Origin: Leptospiraceae bacterium
Lineage (GTDB): Bacteria; Spirochaetota; Leptospiria; Leptospirales; Leptonemataceae
Assembly (NCBI GenBank): GCA_020441025.1
Contig: JAGRMX010000001.1
Coordinates: forward strand, 1 to 38,152
Length of the DNA: 38,152 bases
Reading direction: 5' to 3'
In this document: one piece after another, positions 8,798-15,582 of the stretch
How the letters are laid out: every line of letters begins with the position of its first letter
Position numbering within the stretch: position 1 is the first letter of the stretch
The notes under the pieces: generated by a model
What the model was told of the DNA's origin: nothing
What the model saw: the letters and a program-made list of their open reading frames with translations, nothing else
Database searches by the model: none
Made by a program: the position numbers and the translations under genes

Positions 8798-9127
8798 GTT
8801 GCTCGCCTGGCTCGCGCGCTTTTCTTAAAAAGTTTTTCGCCGCTGTGGACTTTCGCCGATCACACGGTACATCCGTGTACCGGGTGATCGGAGGCTCCGT
8901 CCCTGGAGCCTGACTCAATTCCACAGCGAGCGAAAAACTACAATCTGCGCGCAAGCAATCTCGCTGTGAATGCACGTTGGTGATATTGGTGCGTTAGTGC
9001 GGGGATAAAAATTCGTTTAACTATTTTCCCTGCGATTCTCTGGCGCGGATTTTGCTATATCTGTATTATAATATGGGGCTGCCCAACCCCTCCCCCTACT
9101 TACATTATAGCACGACCCTGTGACACG
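8798..9127. repeat. Tandem repeat unit 2 (junction 13-mer, fold H2, tail, 88-bp module B2)
   Basis: It starts with the same gttgctcgcctgg. Module B2 (9040-9127) is 85/88 identical to B1. Confidence 0.8.
8831..8939. ncRNA. Candidate structured element H2 (same three-way-junction architecture as H1)
   Basis: P1: 8831-8849 with 8920-8939. P2 outer: 8856-8863 with 8884-8891. P2 inner: 8865-8870 with 8877-8882, loop atccgt. P3: 8893-8898 with 8905-8910, loop gtccct. On the minus strand P1 is followed by TTTTT. Confidence 0.45.
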
Positions 9128-9212
9128 GTGCCGGCCGACAATGGATTCGCAAGTCGGGACGCATGTCGGGAATAAGCGTGGTATTACTGCGTTTGTGCGG
9201 ATAAAAAGTGAG

Positions 9213-9776
9213 TTACTCTTCTACAATCAGCGTAACTACGCGGCGGGCGCGATCATTGTTTTCCATGCTTTCGATATTGCGAACGCGCATGGTAGGCGGC
9301 GCCATATGCCGGGAATGCAGTTCACCATCGGGAGTAAGCATCCAGACCAATCGCACGTAGCCGCCGGCGGTTTGAAATCTAATATAGGCATGCACCTGCT
9401 CGGACCGCGAGCGACCGTACGTAATCCAATGGGCGCTGGTATCGGCCGCGACAATCTCACCTTCGCGTGGAGCGATGTGCCAGACTCCGCTCAATAACCC
9501 GGAAGCGCTGAGCGTTAAATTGGAGGCGGTTCTATTTACTATTACACAACGAACCGATCGTGCTCCGGCCATGGTGACTACCGGTGTTGAAGGCGATTCT
9601 TCGGTAGTCGCCGTTGGTTGTGTCCGGTTCTGCTCTTCGGTTGATTGGCAGCCGGTGACGGTGGCCATAAAAAACAGTCCGACAACGAATACGACCGGAG
9701 CGTGGTGTACATTCAAGCTGAAGATGGATTTCACCTTTACGATACTAAATCCTGAATGTGTTATCGACAAACCCAT
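9213..9776 (-). CDS. Hypothetical lipoprotein, beta-rich
   Basis: Lipobox FFMATVTG-C. A GTG at 9734 would give the cleaner signal peptide MKSIFSLNVHHAPVVFVVGLFFMATVTGC. No family is confidently recognised. Confidence 0.55.
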   Translation of the reverse strand: MGLSITHSGFSIVKVKSIFSLNVHHAPVVFVVGLFFMATVTGCQSTEEQNRTQPTATTEESPSTPVVTMAGARSVRCVIVNRTASNLTLSASGLLSGVWHIAPREGEIVAADTSAHWITYGRSRSEQVHAYIRFQTAGGYVRLVWMLTPDGELHSRHMAPPTMRVRNIESMENNDRARRVVTLIVEE

Positions 9777-10177
9777 TCCGATACGTGTACGGCCGTACCG
9801 CAGTATTCATTGCGGGTACCGGAGGTCGGCTGACAGGGGCCTACTTCCGTTTGCAACGTACCGGTAATCTGAACGTCCTGCGCGCAATCAATCGCATTGT
9901 TGCTGATGAAAATCCATTGGCCGAATTCGGTTTCCCAGTACGATTCGACTTTTTCAAATTGAGTAATGGGATGCTGTAGAACCATCTCCGGACGATGAGC
10001 GCTGAGGCGCACGGACTTCCCATTGCATTGCTGTAGTGCGTCCTTTTTCAGAGTACAGAATTCGTTTTGGGTTTCATTGCCTGCCTGGCAATGTGCAAAT
10101 AAAAACAATGCCACGCAGATACCCAAAGCCTTATGACGAAAGTTGTTTCTATTTGAACTTTTATAATTTATGCGCAT
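9761..10177 (-). CDS. Small secreted cysteine-containing protein (138 aa)
   Basis: The internal ATG at 10177 (MRINYKSS...) is preceded by AAGGAA. Signal peptide ALGICVALFLFAHCQA. The longer track ORF (to 10375) has an implausible N-terminus. Confidence 0.5.
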   Translation of the reverse strand: MRINYKSSNRNNFRHKALGICVALFLFAHCQAGNETQNEFCTLKKDALQQCNGKSVRLSAHRPEMVLQHPITQFEKVESYWETEFGQWIFISNNAIDCAQDVQITGTLQTEVGPCQPTSGTRNEYCGTAVHVSEWVCR

Positions 10178-10457
10178 GATTCGTTCCTTTCGTTCCGGAA
10201 AAAGTAGATATCCCTGATTGCCAAAACCGAGAAGAAGGCATTGTTTTGAGATGAGTTCTGAGCTTCGAGAGAAATTATGCGTCAAAATTTGTAAATCAAA
10301 TAACCGCTCTCTCGTGTGTGATTGCTTGATGGCAGCGATTTGAGCATGTTTATGATTTGAATCAGCCCGGCGCAAACATGAAATGATTGCTCACAGAATA
10401 CCGGAATTGCATATGATACCGGCCATTATAACAGACCACTATAACAGAGGTACAATT

Positions 10458-11147
10458 ATGCAAACCGATCAGAGTAAACTGGATTGTGCCCGGATCGATT
10501 CGGACCTGGAGGCAAGCCTGGACCCGATCGAGGCGCGGGCCGAATTGGTGCGATTCAGTCATGCTTCCGCTCGCGCCGGGTTGATGGGATCGACCTGTGG
10601 CAATGCCAGTTTGAAAATCGACGCCCATCGCTTCCTGATTACCGGCACCGGCACCGAACTGGCTCATTTACGAGATAACGAGATTGCGTTGGTATCTATT
10701 GATGACGGCCGCCACCTGGATGGCCCGCGTCCATCGGTCGAAGCGGAGTTGCATCGATTGGTATACGCCGGGCGTGCTTCTGCCCGGGCCATCTTGCACT
10801 GCCAGAGCAGGGCGGCTACCCTGGCAGCCTGTATGGTGGACCCGCCCGAAAATCTGGATTTCATCGGAGAGATTCCGGCCTATGTCGGTCGCTTTGCCAG
10901 CGTGCCGTTTTTGATGCCGGGCAGTCCGGAACTGGCGCAGGCCGTTGCGGCGGCTTTTACCGATCCGGAAGTAACCACCGTGCAGATGCGCAACCATGGG
11001 CAGGTGCTGATTGGTTCTTCCTGGGCGAAGGCGATTCGTCGGGGCGTATTCTTTGAACTGGCCTGCTGGATGGCGGTGCAGGGCGTTCCGTTAACGCGCA
11101 TTCCCACCGAACAGGCCGATGAATTGCGCCGTATGTCGTCGGTTTGA
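10458..11147 (+). CDS. Class II aldolase / adducin N-terminal domain family protein
   Basis: GNASLKIDAHRFLITGTGTEL...PSVEAELHRLVY...ILHCQS matches the class II aldolase fold (fuculose-1-phosphate aldolase / MtnB type). AGAGG lies 8 nt upstream of the ATG at 10458. Confidence 0.8.
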   Translation: MQTDQSKLDCARIDSDLEASLDPIEARAELVRFSHASARAGLMGSTCGNASLKIDAHRFLITGTGTELAHLRDNEIALVSIDDGRHLDGPRPSVEAELHRLVYAGRASARAILHCQSRAATLAACMVDPPENLDFIGEIPAYVGRFASVPFLMPGSPELAQAVAAAFTDPEVTTVQMRNHGQVLIGSSWAKAIRRGVFFELACWMAVQGVPLTRIPTEQADELRRMSSV

Positions 11148-11152
11148 TTCCG

Positions 11153-11178
11153 GCTCACAATGGTGAGCTCGCATTTTT
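11153..11178 (+). terminator. Weak terminator-like hairpin
   Basis: gctcac aatg gtgagc, followed by tcgcattttt. It lies between convergent genes. Confidence 0.35.
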
Positions 11179-11206
11179 AGCTTTCTAAAGCGTTCACTCG
11201 ACGGTA

Positions 11207-13138
11207 TTATTCTTTATACATGTGATGGATTTCGTTTTCGAATTTATCGAATACGACGTTACGCTTCACTTTCATGGTCTCGGTCATCTCGACCCCTTTT
11301 TCCAGTTCCTTGTGCAACAGGTGAAAGGTCGTTACGCGTTCGAATCCTTTGAATCCGCTGGCGCCGGAGACTTTTTCTTTTATAATTTGATGATAGAATT
11401 CATGGATTTCGCGGTTCTCATGCCAGGCAGCGGGATCTTCCGGCGCGGCGATGCCTCTGGCTTTTAACTCCTCACGCGCCCGATCCCAGTTGGGTACCAG
11501 AATGGCGCCCAGGGTTTTGCGGTCCTGTCCGACCACTACCGCCTGATTGATAAATTCGCTTTCCTGTAATTTAATTTCAATGGGACCGGGTTCCACGTTT
11601 TCACCGCCGGCCAGTACTATCGTATCTTTGGCGCGACCGGCAAACTTCAACTCACCCGTTGTGGTCCACGTAAAGATGTCGCCGGAATTTAACCAGCCAT
11701 CCTGTAAAACATCGGCCGTTTTGCCCGGCTCTTTATAATAGCCACGCATTACGTGCGGTCCTTTGTGCCAGAGTACGCCGCGCGCTCCCGGGCGCGTCAC
11801 CACCCGACCGGTTTCATCGCGTAATTGTATCTGAACGCCAGGCAACGGTTTGCCCACCGCGCCGCGCTTGGGCCAGGGTAGCTCGCCCACTACCGACAGA
11901 GCGGTGGTTTCGGTCATGCCGTACCCGTCCAGAATGGGAATGCCTACCGCGCGGAAGAAAGTGGCCACATGTTCGGGTATGGCTCCGGCGCCGGAAATGG
12001 CATACTGCACGCGACCACCGAGTACATTGCGCACTTTCTTTAAGATGATTTGGGCGACGGCATTCAGTACAAAGAAAGGTATGAACAATAATACCGAAAT
12101 GGTTTTGCGCACAAAGCGGGCGCGCGGCTTTTCATCTTCGGTAACCGCAAAACGATCCAGCAGATGGTCGACAATGTCGGTGTAAGTGAGGGCCGTATCC
12201 TTCGCAAAATTAAAAATCTTCTGCGTTTTCTCATCCTGCTTGCGCACATTATCAAATACGCGCTTATACAATCCTTCCCAGACCCGTGGAACGGACACGA
12301 CCGCCGTAGGTTTGATAGTACCCAGATCACCCGCCAGATGGATGATGCTGGACGGGGCCATACTGGAACCGCAGGCCATCAACGTGACTTCCAGCACCCG
12401 CTCGGCTATGTGCCAGGGTGGCAGGAACACCACCACCCGATCGCGTTCGTTCAGCGGCAGGGTCTGTTGCACCTGGGAAACCTCCCAGCAAAAGCTGCGG
12501 TGTTCGAGCATAACTCCTTTGGGAGCGCCGGTAGTTCCGGAAGTGTAAATGATAGTGGCAATGTCGTGCGGGCGAATCGCTTCGCCGCGCTTTTTCAATA
12601 AGCCCTCACCGTGCTGTTCCAGCAGTTCTTCGCCGATGGTAAGCGTATCCAGAAAAAAGTGCAGTTTGACTTTGCCGAGCTTTTCTTTGATTTGCTCCAG
12701 CTTCTTAAATTTGGAAGCGGGTTCGATCGCAATGATATGTTTTACGTGCGGCAAGTCCGCCAGTTGCTCGGCCAACTGTCGGATCATTTTTTCGTTTTCG
12801 GCTACCACAACGGCGCATTCGGTATGATTCAGGATGTATTTAATATCCTCTTTGGTGGCGTCGCAACCCCGGGGCACATCAATTCCGCCGATGGTGTCGA
12901 TGCCCATGCAGATCATGTTCCATTCATAGCGATTGTCACATATCAGACCGACCGGCTCGCCGTGTTTAAGGTTCAATTTGTAGAGCAGATAGGCCGACCA
13001 GCGCTTCATGTCCGCGCGCCAGTTGAAGTAAGAGACCGCGTGAAAATTCTGGCCATCCGGTTTTACCCAGTAAACCGGCCGTTCCGCATAGGTAGCGACG
13101 GTATCCCGGACAAGGTAGTACAGCGATTCTTTTTCCAT
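11207..13138 (-). CDS. Long-chain fatty acid-CoA ligase (AMP-forming acyl-CoA synthetase)
   Basis: 643 aa. AMP-binding motif IIYTSGTTGAPKGVMLEH, and GYGMTET; the length and layout resemble ACSL-type enzymes. Confidence 0.9.
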   Translation of the reverse strand: MEKESLYYLVRDTVATYAERPVYWVKPDGQNFHAVSYFNWRADMKRWSAYLLYKLNLKHGEPVGLICDNRYEWNMICMGIDTIGGIDVPRGCDATKEDIKYILNHTECAVVVAENEKMIRQLAEQLADLPHVKHIIAIEPASKFKKLEQIKEKLGKVKLHFFLDTLTIGEELLEQHGEGLLKKRGEAIRPHDIATIIYTSGTTGAPKGVMLEHRSFCWEVSQVQQTLPLNERDRVVVFLPPWHIAERVLEVTLMACGSSMAPSSIIHLAGDLGTIKPTAVVSVPRVWEGLYKRVFDNVRKQDEKTQKIFNFAKDTALTYTDIVDHLLDRFAVTEDEKPRARFVRKTISVLLFIPFFVLNAVAQIILKKVRNVLGGRVQYAISGAGAIPEHVATFFRAVGIPILDGYGMTETTALSVVGELPWPKRGAVGKPLPGVQIQLRDETGRVVTRPGARGVLWHKGPHVMRGYYKEPGKTADVLQDGWLNSGDIFTWTTTGELKFAGRAKDTIVLAGGENVEPGPIEIKLQESEFINQAVVVGQDRKTLGAILVPNWDRAREELKARGIAAPEDPAAWHENREIHEFYHQIIKEKVSGASGFKGFERVTTFHLLHKELEKGVEMTETMKVKRNVVFDKFENEIHHMYKE

Positions 13139-13259
13139 AATTCCGGAAAACGGTCGGACAGGCCTGATTACCGGTCAAGCGAAACCCTTCCCGGAATAAG
13201 CCGGAGTTCCGACGATCGAATTGGATTTGCCGGGGAACTTTTCGGGTAGAAAATGAGCC

Positions 13260-13928
13260 ATGCTCAGAAAAGTGATAATTCTCATCTGTGTATTGATGGG
13301 ATTGAGTTGCGAAACTCACAGCACGGATGGGGGTATTTCAAATGATATTCCGGCCGGGAAGATACAAATCGCAATGGAGCGCAGTGTTCCGATTTATGCG
13401 GGCATGGGACCGGTCGCGCATGGCAGCGGGATGATTGTGGCCCCCAATCGCATTGTTACCTGTCTGCATGTCGCCGAGCACGCAAAAAATGACATAATGA
13501 TTGAGTATGAGGGCGAACGTCGGTCGGCTCGCTTGCTTGCGCAATTTCCTCCCGCGGATCTGGCGTTGCTTGAAGCCGAAGTCGAAGATTTCGGTGTTAT
13601 TGAAGTTGTCGGGTCCGGTGATTTGCGTATTGGTCAGTCCGTTTTCTTAATCGGTTCCGCGTATGGACTGACACGTTCTTTTATGCGGGGATATATCGGA
13701 CATCTGGATCGAACGGGCAGCGATGTTCGCTTTCCCGGCATCCCGTTTATACAGACGGATCGTATTTCCTATCCCGGCAACTCGGGCGCCGGAGTTTTTA
13801 CGGCGTCGGGAGCTTTCATTGGAATCAATCGGGCTTCGTTTGGATTTGCGCCCGGGTCCGGAATCGGCTTGACTGTACCCGCCCGCATAGTCGTCCTTTT
13901 TCTCAGGGAACAGGGCATTGCTCTGTGA
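13260..13928 (+). CDS. Trypsin-like (S1/S1C) serine protease lipoprotein, no PDZ domain
   Basis: Lipobox LMGLS-C. The catalytic triad context is TCLHV (His), DLALL (Asp) and GNSGAGVF (Ser). Confidence 0.75.
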   Translation: MLRKVIILICVLMGLSCETHSTDGGISNDIPAGKIQIAMERSVPIYAGMGPVAHGSGMIVAPNRIVTCLHVAEHAKNDIMIEYEGERRSARLLAQFPPADLALLEAEVEDFGVIEVVGSGDLRIGQSVFLIGSAYGLTRSFMRGYIGHLDRTGSDVRFPGIPFIQTDRISYPGNSGAGVFTASGAFIGINRASFGFAPGSGIGLTVPARIVVLFLREQGIAL

Positions 13929-13986
13929 ATCAAAAACGGAAAGGCGCTGCGTCGGCCGAGCGCTGCGGGTTTGTTTCTTAAAATAC

Positions 13987-14017
13987 GAAGCGAATTGCCA
14001 TCTATGGAATTCGCTTC
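13987..14017. terminator. Hairpin between convergent genes (possible terminator for the minus-strand gene)
   Basis: gaagcgaatt (13987-13996) pairs with aattcgcttc (14008-14017) across an 11-nt loop. The minus-strand side continues GTATTTT. Confidence 0.4.
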
Positions 14018-14049
14018 GATTGACCTAGTTCTGTGTCGATAGCGTCGAC

Positions 14050-14964
14050 CTACTGACAGATGCCCGTGCCGGTATCACAGGTGAGCGTGGTATTCAGTGA
14101 AGCGCTCAATGTGACGGCCTGACTGTTCACAGTTCCGCCTATATTATAGCTACCGTTTACGGTCATACTGATGGTCGAACCGGAAACTGTAATCGAACCG
14201 TTGACATTGCTTTTATCTGTCAGATCAAAAGAAAGACTCGTTCCGGCAATATTCAAATTGCTGGAAGTGTATGCCATGTTATTATTCGAACTGAAATTTG
14301 TAGTGCTCCCGCTTACGCTGCCTTGCGTACTGGTAGTGCCGTTCATGTTCAATGTGCCCGAATTGATGGTCGCACTTTTGTAAGCCAGGGTGGGCAGCTG
14401 GGCGATGTCGATATATGTGGCGATGCAGCTTGTGAAAGAAACATTACCATTCAGGGTCATGGACAGGTTGTAATTTGTACCCGACGTGGCCGTTCCCGTC
14501 ATGTTGAGCGACATACCGTTATACGTTATGGTGCCGCCTCCGGCACAGTTGGCGGTTCCGTTAATAGTTTCATTTGCCCCGAAGTTACAATTTCCATCCT
14601 GGCAGGTGATGGCGGTTTCAAACGCACGAGGCATTTCGAATCCGTTCTGTTCCTGAAATCTTTGTTTCAGGTGCGCCAGCATGGTATCCCTGTGTTTTCC
14701 GGGTAACATGTTAAAAGAAAAGCCGGAGCCGCTGGCGGAACCGGCTACTCCGGAACTTGCCGCTGTGGCCGCGCCGAATGCGCTGGAAGCGCCGGTGCGA
14801 GCTTCGTCGCTGCCGCTTGAATTATTTAAAGCGTACAGCAAAGCCAGGTTGGTCAGCTCATCGCCGTCATCTTTCGGTTCGCAGGAGCCGGCAAAGATCA
14901 ACAACCCAATGATGATTGTTGCGAGCCCCAGAACATATGAAAACTTAAGGGTGTGTTTTTTCAT
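14050..14964 (-). CDS. Ser/Thr/Asn/Gly-rich lipoprotein, function unknown
   Basis: The ATG at 14964 (MKKHTLKF...) has GAGGA 7 nt upstream. Lipobox IFAGS-C. The body is low-complexity and beta-strand-like, with conserved Cys pairs. Confidence 0.65.
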   Translation of the reverse strand: MKKHTLKFSYVLGLATIIIGLLIFAGSCEPKDDGDELTNLALLYALNNSSGSDEARTGASSAFGAATAASSGVAGSASGSGFSFNMLPGKHRDTMLAHLKQRFQEQNGFEMPRAFETAITCQDGNCNFGANETINGTANCAGGGTITYNGMSLNMTGTATSGTNYNLSMTLNGNVSFTSCIATYIDIAQLPTLAYKSATINSGTLNMNGTTSTQGSVSGSTTNFSSNNNMAYTSSNLNIAGTSLSFDLTDKSNVNGSITVSGSTISMTVNGSYNIGGTVNSQAVTLSASLNTTLTCDTGTGICQ

Positions 14965-15192
14965 TGGAATTCCTCGTATTTTTGAGATCAATCCGCCTGT
15001 TGATTATGATGGTCAAATAATATTCCAGAGATAAGAGAATTTGTGAGTTACATGTCAAATATTGAAGTATCCGGCGGATAATAGCTCCGGTTATTGAATA
15101 CTCTGAAAGTGATTGCTTTTTGAAAATAGAATCGCTTTAAATGTATTTTGAACTGAATTTTAAAGTCGATTGAGGGAATGGAGTCGATTAGC

Positions 15193-15489
15193 ATGCAATT
15201 CTTGAAAGTCAAAAAGCTGGAGCACGACGATACCCATATGCGCATCACCTGGAACGATGGAAAGGTGTGCTCCTATGATCTGCTGGAGTTGCGGAAGGAT
15301 TGTCCCTGCGCCAATTGTCGGGGCGGGCACGGCACTCATACCACGCGCACGACCGATAACATCCAGACTATTCGATTGCTGGGCTGGAAAACCGTCGGGC
15401 GATATGCTCTGCAATTCACCTGGTCGGATGGACATGACCTCGGAATGTACACCATGGATAATCTGCGGGAGCGCTGTGAGAATCAGTAA
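15193..15489 (+). CDS. DUF971 (gamma-butyrobetaine hydroxylase-like N-terminal) domain protein
   Basis: MRITWNDGKVCSYDLLELRKDCPCANC...YALQFTWSDGHDLGMY is the characteristic DUF971 pattern. GGAG lies 9 nt upstream of the ATG at 15193. Confidence 0.7.
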   Translation: MQFLKVKKLEHDDTHMRITWNDGKVCSYDLLELRKDCPCANCRGGHGTHTTRTTDNIQTIRLLGWKTVGRYALQFTWSDGHDLGMYTMDNLRERCENQ

Positions 15490-15582
15490 AATCAAATAGA
15501 CGTCAATGTCTTGAGTACGCGGACATGCGTCTTCGAGTCGCAAATTCAAGCGGTCGATTATTGATCCGGCACGTGGAAGATT

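Noticed and set aside
8831-8939. Integron attC site or cassette array
   Set aside because: The hairpins are imperfect palindromes like attC. However, the stem ends read GTTTTTC...GAAAAAC (GTT at the 5' end, AAC at the 3' end), the reverse of the R''(RYYYAAC)...R'(GTTRRRY) order. H1 lacks the motif altogether. There is no intI gene and there are no cassette ORFs.
8487-8939. Hammerhead or another known small self-cleaving ribozyme (a three-way junction)
   Set aside because: The junction strands (ccgc or ctttcg, a or ta, tgacgt or tgactcaat) do not contain the CUGAUGA / GAA core in the required positions on either strand.
8478-8975. 165-aa minus-strand ORF, plus the 73-81-aa plus-strand ORFs at 8322-8567, inside the repeat gap
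   Set aside because: They run straight through the hairpins and repeated modules. Their composition is Arg/Pro/Cys-rich, they have no RBS, and the two repeat units do not conserve the frame. They are most likely non-coding.
8623-9008. A 12-codon mini-ORF conserved in both units: 8623-8661 (MSVGGMGADVRG) and 8970-9008 (MHVGDIGALVRG), with some synonymous differences and stop-to-stop conservation
   Set aside because: Neither copy has a usable Shine-Dalgarno sequence. The third, decayed copy (near 9160-9205) is homologous at the nucleotide level but has frame-breaking indels. The sample is too small to call coding selection. Ribosome profiling data would still be worth a glance.
8388-9127. CRISPR array
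   Set aside because: The repeats are 66-88 bp and about 330 bp apart, with homologous rather than unique interiors. There is no short regular repeat-spacer periodicity and no cas genes in the window.
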